Shown here one piece after another: positions 40,020 to 48,625 of a stretch of DNA of 64,000 nt. Position numbers and translations under genes: made by a program. Every line of letters begins with the position of its first letter. Position 1 is the first letter of the stretch. Origin of the DNA: an uncultured Methylomirabilota bacterium (GTDB lineage: Bacteria; Methylomirabilota; Methylomirabilia; Methylomirabilales; 2-02-FULL-66-22); assembly GCA_963705305.1 (NCBI GenBank), contig OY970067.1, forward strand, positions 3,744,001-3,808,000. Reading direction: 5' to 3'. The notes below the pieces were generated by a model that was given only the letters and a program-made list of their open reading frames with translations, was not told the origin of the DNA and searched no databases.

Positions 40020-41368
40020 GTCCACGGGCGATCGCCATCGTCTGCGCGGGATGCGGCGCGGCCGCGTCCCCCAACGATCCGTTTCCGTTCCGGTGCGCCA
40101 ACGCCGGGACGGGCGACGTGGACCACGTGATGACCGTGGAGCTTGATCCGGCCGGGGTGCGGTTTCCCGCGGAGGGGCCATCCAACCCGTTTCTCCGTTA
40201 CCGTGAGCTCTTCTCCTCGTACGACATGGCCCGTGCGCACGGTTTAAGCGATCGGGACTACGTGGAGATCGTCGAACGGCTGGATGCCGCAATCGCGCGC
40301 GTGGATGCGCGCGGCTTCGCGGTGACCCCATTCGGGCGCAGCTCGGCGCTGAGCGACCGCCTGGCGTTTGGAGCGACAGCGGGCGTGTGGGTCAAGGATG
40401 AGACCGGCAATGTCTCGGGATCGCACAAAGCCCGCCACCTGATGGGGTTGTTGATCCATCTGGAAGTCGTCGAAAGGCTTGGCCTGGCTGCGCCCCGGCA
40501 CGGGGAAGGGTCGCCTCTTGCAATCGCCAGCTGCGGCAACGCCGCCCTGGCGGCGGCGGTGGTGGCGCGCGCTGGCGGCCGCCCGTTGGAAGTCTTCATT
40601 CCGACGACGGCAGACCCCACGGTGGTCGCACGCCTCGACCAGCTGGGCGCGCGGCTTACCGTGTGCCCGCGCGAAGACGGAGTGCCCGGCGATCCCACCT
40701 ACCATCGCCTCCAGAAGGCGATCCGCGAGGGGGCGCTGCCGTTCACATGTCAGGGTCCCGACAACGGCCTCACGATCGAGGGCGGCAAAACGCTTGGCTA
40801 TGAGATCGCCTCGGATCTTGCCAGGAGCGGGATGCGCCTCGATCGCCTGTTCATCCAGGTGGGTGGCGGGGCGCTGGCCAGTGCGTGCGTCCAGGGGTTG
40901 CAGGACGCCATCAGATTGGGCGCGCCTATCTCGATGCCGCGGATCCATGCGGTCCAGACACAAGGGGGCTACCCCTTGAAACGGGCTTACGATCGGGTTG
41001 TTCAGCGGATTGGGGCGAATGCGCTCCCGGCGGTCGTAGAGGAGGCGCTGCGCTATGCGGCCACACACCGCTCACAGTTCATGTGGCCCTGGGATACCGA
41101 GCCCAAGAGCATCGCCCACGGCATTCTCGATGACGAGACTTACGATTGGTTGGCGGTGGTCAGGGCGATGTGTGTCACCGGCGGTTTTCCCATTGTGGTG
41201 TCCGAGAAGACGCTGATCGAGGCCAACGCCCTGGCGAGGACGACGACTCCTGTCAATGTTGATCACACCGGGTCTTCCGGACTGGCCGGATTGCTGCATC
41301 TGCATCAGACTGGCGGCCTTCGGGCCGACGAGACTGTGGCGGTCCTCTTCACCGGGGTCCGCCGTTGA
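40016..41368 (+). CDS. PLP-dependent enzyme, threonine synthase-like, with N-terminal CxxC
   Basis: [43 protein letters not shown]-type overlap with the upstream gene. Confidence 0.85.
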   Translation: MSPRAIAIVCAGCGAAASPNDPFPFRCANAGTGDVDHVMTVELDPAGVRFPAEGPSNPFLRYRELFSSYDMARAHGLSDRDYVEIVERLDAAIARVDARGFAVTPFGRSSALSDRLAFGATAGVWVKDETGNVSGSHKARHLMGLLIHLEVVERLGLAAPRHGEGSPLAIASCGNAALAAAVVARAGGRPLEVFIPTTADPTVVARLDQLGARLTVCPREDGVPGDPTYHRLQKAIREGALPFTCQGPDNGLTIEGGKTLGYEIASDLARSGMRLDRLFIQVGGGALASACVQGLQDAIRLGAPISMPRIHAVQTQGGYPLKRAYDRVVQRIGANALPAVVEEALRYAATHRSQFMWPWDTEPKSIAHGILDDETYDWLAVVRAMCVTGGFPIVVSEKTLIEANALARTTTPVNVDHTGSSGLAGLLHLHQTGGLRADETVAVLFTGVRR

Positions 41369-41396
41369 CGATCTCGCAGAGAGAAGGGGGTCAGGA

Positions 41397-42350
41397 ATGA
41401 GAAGCTTTATGGGTCGGGACATCCTGTCGCTCAAGGATTTCGAGCGCGCTGAGTACCTCCGCGTGTTCCAGGTTTGCGATGACCTCGCACCCTGGGCCCG
41501 CGACCGGCGAAATGGGGATTTGCTGAAGCACAAGACCTTGCTGACCGCATTCTACCAGCCGAGCACGCGGACACGGCTGGCCACCGAGGCCGCCATGCAC
41601 CGGCTGGGGGGGCACGTCCTCGGATTCTCGGACGCCAAGATGACCCGGGCTGGCGACTTCTACCAGGAGTCGATAAAGGACACGGTGCACATGCTGGAGT
41701 ACTACGGCGATGTTATTGCCATGCGCCATTTCCAGCAGGGCGCGCCGCATGAGGCTGCCAGATGGGCGTCCGTGCCCGTCATCAACTGCGGCGACGGTTG
41801 GGGCGAGCATCCGACACAGGTCCTGACCGATCTGTACACAACCTGGAAGGAATTGGGCACCCTTGACGGATTGCGATTCTTGCTGGTCGGCGACATGCGT
41901 ATGCGGACGATGCACTCGATTCTCTATGCGATGTCTCAGTTCGACGCGGAGGCGTTCGTCGTCTCGCCGCCCTCCATGTCCCTGCTGCCCGAGTTCAAGG
42001 CCGAATTGGACGAGCGGAGCGTTCGCTACCGCGAAGTCGCCACAGCCGAGGAAGTGGTCGGCCAGGCCGACGTGATCTATATGGAGCCGGTAGTGCAGGC
42101 CGATTACACGAAATCGCGCGACGAGCGCGCAAGCGAGCTGGGGCTTACCCCGGTTGCCTATAAGGTAACCCGGCAGATGCTGCACGAGCGGGGCAAGCGG
42201 AGCGCCATCTTGCTCCACTCACTGCCCCGGATGGATGAATTGCCGGTCGATGTGGACGCCACCCGCCACGCCCGCTACTGGATCGAGGCCTTTAACGGTG
42301 TGGTCATGCGGATGGCACTGCTGGCGCTCGTGCTGGGCGCGGTCGAATAG
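41397..42350 (+). CDS. Aspartate/ornithine carbamoyltransferase-family protein with an atypical substrate site
   Basis: PSTRT, HPTQ, HSLPR, NGV..RMALL. Confidence 0.9.
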   Translation: MRSFMGRDILSLKDFERAEYLRVFQVCDDLAPWARDRRNGDLLKHKTLLTAFYQPSTRTRLATEAAMHRLGGHVLGFSDAKMTRAGDFYQESIKDTVHMLEYYGDVIAMRHFQQGAPHEAARWASVPVINCGDGWGEHPTQVLTDLYTTWKELGTLDGLRFLLVGDMRMRTMHSILYAMSQFDAEAFVVSPPSMSLLPEFKAELDERSVRYREVATAEEVVGQADVIYMEPVVQADYTKSRDERASELGLTPVAYKVTRQMLHERGKRSAILLHSLPRMDELPVDVDATRHARYWIEAFNGVVMRMALLALVLGAVE

Positions 42351-42381
42351 CGACCGCGTCGGCGCGCGCGTGATCTGATCA

Positions 42382-42538
42382 CTAGTGTAGTGCGTCGGAA
42401 ATCTCTTGACGTTTCGTCACCCCGGCGAAAGCCGGGGTCCAGACCGTGAAATGAATCAGAAGGTGGCACCCTGGATGCCGGCTTTCGCCGGCATGACGGC
42501 CTCGCAAGAGTAAAAAAGCGTTTGACGCATTACACTAG
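42382..42538. mobile_element. CTAG-bounded MITE/REP composite
   Basis: TIR CTAGTGTAGTGCGTC / GACGCATTACACTAG enclosing two inverted REP-like hairpins (GTCACCCCGGCGAAAGCCGGGGTCCA; TGGATGCCGGCTTTCGCCGGCATGAC). Confidence 0.75.
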
Positions 42539-43149
42539 GAAGGAGCGAACGAAGGAGGAGGTCGAAACCGTCCTTCGCTGGGCGGTCTGTTCCGGCAAGG
42601 TATCTGGCGTGTGCCGCCACGGCGTAGATTTCGGTGTCCTGCCGGGGATGGTTCCGGACGGGCAGGTACATCGAGCTGGGGAAGGCGGTCCGCCCATGTC
42701 CCCCGAGTCTGGTCATGCCGGGTCTCGCATTTGTTCCGGCCGCGGTTGCCCTCCTGGCCTGCATGGCGCGGGCGTCGTTACCGATTTCGCGTGAAATGGA
42801 GCACGCCCGGGCCGTCGTTGCGGCAGTTGCGGGGCTTCTGCGCACCCTATTGCACCGTATCCTCTCGACCGGCAGTGCGTCTTTGATCGTGCAGGTCATG
42901 TCCATTTTCGCGGTCGCGGTGCGGACGGAAAACCGGCGTTGGTCTTCGCAGGGCCGGACTGCCCCGCCTATCCATGGCTGGGCGGACATGGTCGCCATAG
43001 GGCACAACCCTGTTCGGGAGGCGCCCCGGATGTCCCGGCCTTCGGGGATCGCCATCGTGGGGCGGGATTGGCTCTGATTCTGCTGGGAGCCGGCCTTCGG
43101 ACTCGTTGATGCGGATCGAGCGCTGAGACAGCGCAGTGAGGAGGGCGTC

Positions 43150-44112
43150 ATGGGTGACACCAGCGGCCGGCCGATCGCCCTGGTGGCGATGGGCGGGCAC
43201 GCTTTCATGCAGCAGGGCGAGGCGGGGAACATCTGCGAGCATGAGCGGAACGCAGCGGCGATCTGCGGCTCGCTCATGACCCTGGTCGAGCGGGACTACA
43301 ATCTGGTCATCACCCACGGGAACGGCCCGCAGGTTGGAAATCTACTCCTCCAGAGCGAGCTCACCCGGCACGATGTCCCCTTCATGCCGCTCGATGTCCT
43401 CGTGGCCAACACCGAGGGATTTCTCGGATACGTCCTACAGCAGGCGCTCCTGAACCATCTCCGGCGGCGGGAGATCAAGCGTTATGTCGTCACCATGATC
43501 ACGCAAGTGCTGGTTGATGAGAACGACGTGGCGTTCCAGCAGCCCTCGAAGCCAATCGGGCCGTTCCTCACGCGGGAACAGGCCGAGGATCGGCGTGACC
43601 GGCTGGGCTGGAAAATCCTGGACGACGCCGGGCGCGGCTGGCGGCGGCTGGTGCCCTCGCCACGGCCCGTGCGCGTCGTGCAACGGCTTATGATCCGCGA
43701 CTCGGCTCGCGCCGGCCACATCGTGGTTGCGTGCGGCGGGGGCGGGATCCCGATCATTCGGGACGAGAACGGGGACTATAAAGGGATCGAGGCTGTCATC
43801 GACAAGGACCTCACGTCATCCATCCTGGCGACGGAAATCGGGGCGGATCTGTTGATTATCCTCACCGATGTGCCGCAGGTGTACGTTCACTACGGCAAGC
43901 CGGAGCAAAAGGCGTTGGGGGCCGTAACACTCGAGGAGATTAAGACCCTCCAGACGGAGGGGCATTTCGGGAAGGGCAGCATGGGGCCGAAGGTGGAAGC
44001 CATCGTTGGGTTCCTGATGGCGGGAGGAAAGCGCGGGCTCATCACCAGCCCGGCGCAACTCGCCGCAGCCCTCGACGGCTGCGCCGGCACACATTTCGTG
44101 GGGAAAATCTAG
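43150..44112 (+). CDS. arcC: Carbamate kinase
   Basis: MGGHA, THGNGPQVG, KPIGPF, GGGGIP, EAVIDKD, GSMGPKV. Confidence 0.93.
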   Translation: MGDTSGRPIALVAMGGHAFMQQGEAGNICEHERNAAAICGSLMTLVERDYNLVITHGNGPQVGNLLLQSELTRHDVPFMPLDVLVANTEGFLGYVLQQALLNHLRRREIKRYVVTMITQVLVDENDVAFQQPSKPIGPFLTREQAEDRRDRLGWKILDDAGRGWRRLVPSPRPVRVVQRLMIRDSARAGHIVVACGGGGIPIIRDENGDYKGIEAVIDKDLTSSILATEIGADLLIILTDVPQVYVHYGKPEQKALGAVTLEEIKTLQTEGHFGKGSMGPKVEAIVGFLMAGGKRGLITSPAQLAAALDGCAGTHFVGKI

Positions 44113-44518
44113 CCGAGCTTCACCCCAAACTGACCCGGAGCAGACTGACGTTCAGGTTGCCTGAGAATGGAATTCGTCCGGCGGTTCCCCTCGGGCGTTC
44201 AGTCGCTGACCTCACGAACGGGGCCGAGGTATGAAGCGGAGGAGCCGTTCGTGGATCGCCTCCGAATTGAGATGCAGCTACGGCATCCGACAGGGGCATA
44301 GGTATCATCCGGGGGTGGATCGGCGAAAGGGAGAACATGAAGACCGCCGCGACCTTCGCCGGCATGCGCCGGGAGAAGCCGCCGCCCAAGTGCGTTTCTC
44401 GGGGGCCCGCCTAGCGGAGGCAATCGGGCGATCCAGTGATCTGGCAGTCCGGTGGCTCTACTGGCCTTTGCATGAGTCGTGGCGCAGGTGGAGGGGTGGG
44501 GCGGTCGGGCCGGAGTGC

Positions 44519-44995
44519 CTATTTTTCCTCAAGTGGGATCTTCGTCTCGAACTTGGAGCAGTTCATCGCAAACAGACTCATAAAGTTGCTGACATTGTTG
44601 GTGTTGGTGAAGAGGTGCCTCGTGAAAAGATGATAAACCTCCATTGATGTTGCAGCCACAATCAACAAGAAGTCCCACTCTCCTGAAACCTCATAACACG
44701 CCATAACGTCGGGCTCCTGGCTAATCCTCTTTTCGAATTCCCTCAGCCGCTGGTCATTCTGGGTTTCGAGTTCAACTGTGACGAAGATCGTGAGCGGGTG
44801 GCCCACCCTAACACGGTCGACGAGGGCGACTTCCTTGAGCAGAATCTTGTTGGCCCGCAATGCGGCGATGCGTCGCTGGCAGGTTGCAGCCGATGCATGC
44901 ACTATCTCTGCCAGCCTCCGAAGTGGGATGGTGGCGTTCTCCTGAAGGACATTCAGGATCCGAATGTCGAGACGATCAAGATTTACGCTTCCCAT
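44519..44995 (-). CDS. Lrp/AsnC-family transcriptional regulator
   Basis: LDRLDIRILNVLQEN, CQRRI, CYEVSGEWDF; upstream TTGACA-16-TATATT on the minus strand (45130-45103). Confidence 0.9.
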   Translation of the reverse strand: MGSVNLDRLDIRILNVLQENATIPLRRLAEIVHASAATCQRRIAALRANKILLKEVALVDRVRVGHPLTIFVTVELETQNDQRLREFEKRISQEPDVMACYEVSGEWDFLLIVAATSMEVYHLFTRHLFTNTNNVSNFMSLFAMNCSKFETKIPLEEK

Positions 44996-45145
44996 AATCT
45001 CATTGTCTCGCAATGATGCATTCTTGGTGCAGTTTCATCTCTTATATGGAGGTATTTGGGTTGATGCGTAGCGTTTCAGTCTTCATTCTGAAATGGTTTC
45101 TCAATATACTCCACTGTATGGTGTTGTCAAGGTCCTGGATAGCGC

Positions 45146-46665
45146 CCCTAATCTCCGGCTAAGAAGTTGAGGGGGATCGCGAATCACGCAGCGGCCCGCA
45201 GTGCGCGCGGCCCGCGGGGTTGGCATCGGCCTTGCTTGGTTTCACCCAGTGGGTGCAAACACCACAAGGAGGAGAGCGATGCCCGACACCTCGCCCCGGT
45301 TGCCGTTCGAGATCGATGACGCGATCGACCCCACGCTGGTCACGGGCCGGGCCGGGGTCCCGCTCGTGATCGAGCTGTTCCGCCAGCTCGGGGTGGCCCA
45401 GGCCGTCGACACCCACGTTGCGGTCAAGCAGCGGCAGCGCGGATTACCCCCCTCGCAGCTCGTGGAGAGTCTCGTCGCGTTGTGGACGAGCGGCGGGGAC
45501 CGCTGCCAGGACCTCACGACGCTCCGGGAGGATCAGGCCCTGGCCACGCTGCTCGGCTACCCCCTGCCGGCCGCGACCACGGTCCGGGACTTCCTCGAGG
45601 CCTTCCACGTGGAGGACGGGCCGCTCTGGGTGGCCGGGCCCGCGGCCACGGTCCCCCTGGAGTCCGCCCCCTTGGCGGGCCTCGGACAGGCGAACCGGAC
45701 GCTGGTCGCGGGCGTCCAGCGCGGGGCCCGGGCGGCGACGGCCACCCTGGATGTGGACGCGACGCTCGTCGAGAGCCACAAGGACGCGGCGACCGTGGCC
45801 TACGACGGGACCCGGGGCTACCAGCCCGTCGTGGTCCTCTGGGCCGAGCACGATGTCATCGTGCACGACCAGTTCCGCGATGGCCAGGTGCCCGCCGGGT
45901 GCGGCAACGTGCGCGTCCTCGAACAGGCGGTGGCCAACTTGCCCCAGGGCGTGGACCGCATCTCCCTGCGGGCCGACAGCGCCCTCTACGAGACGGAGGT
46001 CCTCCGCTGGTGCGAGGAGAAGAAAATCGCCTACGCGATTAGCGCCGATATGTCCGCGCAGCTCCAGGCCGAGATCCGGCGCCTCCCCGCGGCCGCCTGG
46101 CAGCTCGAGCGGGAGGAGCCCGAGGCGATCCGGGCCTGGGCCGAAGTCCCCTACGTCCCCGAGGATGGCGATCACCGGAAGGCGCGGCCGTGCGTTCGCC
46201 GCTACCTCGCGGTGCGTATCCAGCGACGCCAGGGGAGCCTCTTCGCCGACGGGAGTAGCGTGCAGTACTTCGCCGTGGTCACCAATCGGCCGGAGGATGG
46301 GCTCACGATCCTCCGGTGGCACCGGGAGAAAGCAGGGACCATCGAGCACACCCATCACGTCCTCAAGACCGAGCTGGCGGCCGCCGCGCTGCCCAGTGGG
46401 AAGTTCGGGGCGAACGCCGCCTGGTTCCGGCTGAACGTGCTCACCTACAACCTGCTCACCGCGCTCAAGCGGTTGACCTTACCCGGAGATCTCCGGACCG
46501 CCCGGCCGAAGCGTCTCCGGTTCCTGCTGTTCAACACCGTCGGGAAGGTCGTCGCGCATGCCCGACGGACGCTCTTGCGGCTCTCGGGCGCCCTGCAGCA
46601 CGCCTTGCTCGTCCGGGCGCGGCGCAAGATCGCCCGGCTGGCCACCGCTTAGCCGGAGATTAGGG
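45146..46665 (+). mobile_element. IS1380-family insertion sequence, apparently intact
   Basis: 18-bp perfect TIR CCCTAATCTCCGGCTAAG; 6-bp TSD TAGCGC (45140-45145, 46666-46671). Confidence 0.92.
45279..46652 (+). CDS. IS1380-family DDE transposase
   Basis: TLDVDAT, GYQP, LRADSA, IEH...LK, PSGKFGANAAW; RBS AGGAGG. Confidence 0.92.
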   Translation: MPDTSPRLPFEIDDAIDPTLVTGRAGVPLVIELFRQLGVAQAVDTHVAVKQRQRGLPPSQLVESLVALWTSGGDRCQDLTTLREDQALATLLGYPLPAATTVRDFLEAFHVEDGPLWVAGPAATVPLESAPLAGLGQANRTLVAGVQRGARAATATLDVDATLVESHKDAATVAYDGTRGYQPVVVLWAEHDVIVHDQFRDGQVPAGCGNVRVLEQAVANLPQGVDRISLRADSALYETEVLRWCEEKKIAYAISADMSAQLQAEIRRLPAAAWQLEREEPEAIRAWAEVPYVPEDGDHRKARPCVRRYLAVRIQRRQGSLFADGSSVQYFAVVTNRPEDGLTILRWHREKAGTIEHTHHVLKTELAAAALPSGKFGANAAWFRLNVLTYNLLTALKRLTLPGDLRTARPKRLRFLLFNTVGKVVAHARRTLLRLSGALQHALLVRARRKIARLATA

Positions 46666-46673
46666 TAGCGCCC

Positions 46674-46930
46674 TGTGGTAGCTCAGCAAACTTGTCCGCC
46701 TCTAACAGATCAGGGATTCTGTCCGCTCTCGTAGAGAGGAGGACAGATGACCCTGACTCCCGAGGAAGCCCGACGCGTGCACGTTCTCACCCTCCTGGAG
46801 GGCAAGCGTATCACTCCCGCGCAGGCGGCCGAGGCGGTGGGACTCACCGCCCGGCAGGTCCGGCGCTTACGGGCCCGGCTCCGGCGGATGGGCCCGGGAG
46901 GGCTGGTCCATGGCAATCGGCGCCGCCTCA
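46674..46930 (+). pseudogene. Left end and truncated transposase (from 46747) of an IS1202/ISNCY-like element
   Basis: TGT-starting end with repeated ...TGTCCGC motifs; N-terminal HTH AAEAVGLTARQVRRL...GLVHGNR, then loss of similarity. Confidence 0.65.
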
Positions 46931-47124
46931 CGCCGCCTCAGCGCCCCCGATATTGCCCGGATTCCCCTTGACACCCCTGGCTCGCCAATGGTAGCGTCCC
47001 GGCCGTCGCGTGTTCGTCGCGCGCCTTAAGGGCTTGTCGAGGAAAAACCTAAGGCGGCGAGCAATGACACGGGCTCGGAGGGTCGCGCGAAACCGCGCTG
47101 AGGCCAAATTCTACGGAGGCTGCC

Positions 47125-47307
47125 ATGCCCGACATCGTTATTAAGCCTGAGGAAATCGTAGTCGACAAGAACGGTAAAGTGACAATCAAGAACGAAGCAT
47201 TCAATAAGGCTGTTGAAAAAAAGCTGGGCAAGAAACGATCGGATGTGGAAGGACAAGGTGCGCAGGATTTCTTTGATCATGGGTGCATCAATAGATGCAG
47301 CCGCTGA
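47125..47307 (+). CDS. Putative RiPP precursor peptide, 60 aa
   Basis: RBS GGAGG; Cys only in the C-terminal DFFDHGCINRCSR; immediately upstream of a radical SAM gene. Confidence 0.7.
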   Translation: MPDIVIKPEEIVVDKNGKVTIKNEAFNKAVEKKLGKKRSDVEGQGAQDFFDHGCINRCSR

Positions 47308-47430
47308 TCCTGACGACAAGATAAACCGGCGGGCAATCTAAAGCACGATCCGGTCCGGACGAGGAAGCGTCCGAAGAGAGTAAATGTGTGGAACGCTTCT
47401 CGTCCGAATCCGGGCGGCCCATAGCAGCAT

Positions 47431-48426
47431 ATGGCCTCATTAAGCATATCGCAGCTTGCGAATCTCCTTTCTGTTCGTGCATGGCATCTCATAATAATCC
47501 CCACTGAAAAATGTAATTTTAAATGCACGTATTGTTACGAAACGTCCAATACGAGCATGATGAAACAAGAAATTGTCGAGGCGATTAAGACGCTCATCAG
47601 CCGACGACTGCCCGAACTTGACACGCTATATGTCGGATGGTTCGGAGGGGAGCCGTTATTGGCAAGAAATGTCATCAGGGATATTTCTAAGGACATCAAG
47701 GGCCTGGCGCGGTCTTACTCAAGCCTGAAGTATAGGGCCGGAATGGCAACCAACGCCTATTTTTTGACGCCGTCCCTTTTATCCGAGCTGGCTGAACTCG
47801 GCATATCTGACTACCAGATAACGCTTGACGGTCCCCCGGAGATTCACGACAAGCGTCGCGCAACTGCCAACGGCAGGGGGACGTTTGATCGCATATGGAA
47901 GAACCTGATAGCCATACGGGACAGCTCTGAGCAGGTACGTGTCCTGCTGCGTATCCATTTCGATCCTTCCGGGATCTCCCATTTGGGTGTTCTCGTCGAG
48001 GATGTGCGCCGGGAGTTTCTGCCGGACAGGAGGTTCACGGTTCATTTCCAAGCGATAAGACGCCTTGGTGGAAAGGACGATTGCCAGATTCGGATATTTT
48101 CGGCTTCGGAGGAACGGGACCAAATCCGAATGCTTCGACAGGCGTTGTATAAGGATCGGAGGTATCAAGAGACCAGGGAGCCGCCCTACGTGTGCTATGC
48201 CTCTCGACCCAACTCCCTGGTAATCTATCCAAATGGTGATATCGGCAAATGTACAGTGGCTCTGTACGATCCGATTAATAGGATCGGCTCGATAAATGCG
48301 GACGGAACTGTAAACATTGATCCGGAACTTCTGAGATTATGGTCACGCGGGTTTATGGCAAAGCCCGACCTCTCGACCCTGTGTTGCCCTCTGAAGAACT
48401 TTCCGAAGGCTCCGAGTCGTCTATAA
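47431..48426 (+). CDS. Radical SAM enzyme with a Twitch-like auxiliary Fe-S region (putative peptide maturase)
   Basis: CNFKCTYC, WFGGEPLL, TN, QITLDG, CYAS...GKC, terminal CCP. Confidence 0.9.
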   Translation: MASLSISQLANLLSVRAWHLIIIPTEKCNFKCTYCYETSNTSMMKQEIVEAIKTLISRRLPELDTLYVGWFGGEPLLARNVIRDISKDIKGLARSYSSLKYRAGMATNAYFLTPSLLSELAELGISDYQITLDGPPEIHDKRRATANGRGTFDRIWKNLIAIRDSSEQVRVLLRIHFDPSGISHLGVLVEDVRREFLPDRRFTVHFQAIRRLGGKDDCQIRIFSASEERDQIRMLRQALYKDRRYQETREPPYVCYASRPNSLVIYPNGDIGKCTVALYDPINRIGSINADGTVNIDPELLRLWSRGFMAKPDLSTLCCPLKNFPKAPSRL

Positions 48427-48625
48427 ATAAGAAGAAGGTCCCGGCGTTATCAATCGAAAAATTGGCTGCACGGTGACGCGGGAGTGGCGGTATTTGTTCC
48501 TATATTTGTGTCTAGATATCCTGCTTCCATTGAAGTTGACCCCACCCTGAGGTCATGGGAGGATCCCTGGCTCGGAGGTGGCCATGGGCGACTACACAGG
48601 CAATGATCGGCAGGAGGACACGCGC

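Noticed and set aside
42540..43100. Possible gene between the carbamoyltransferase and carbamate kinase
   Set aside because: No ORF has a recognisable motif or RBS; at most a decayed fragment.
44230..44450. Possible remnant of a gene 3' end after carbamate kinase
   Set aside because: Too short and broken to assign.
45125..46973. TGTCAAGG...CCTTGACA as TIRs of an element enclosing the IS1380
   Set aside because: Only 8 bp with no TSD; both are better explained as -35 boxes of outward-facing promoters, and the IS1202-like end starts at 46674.
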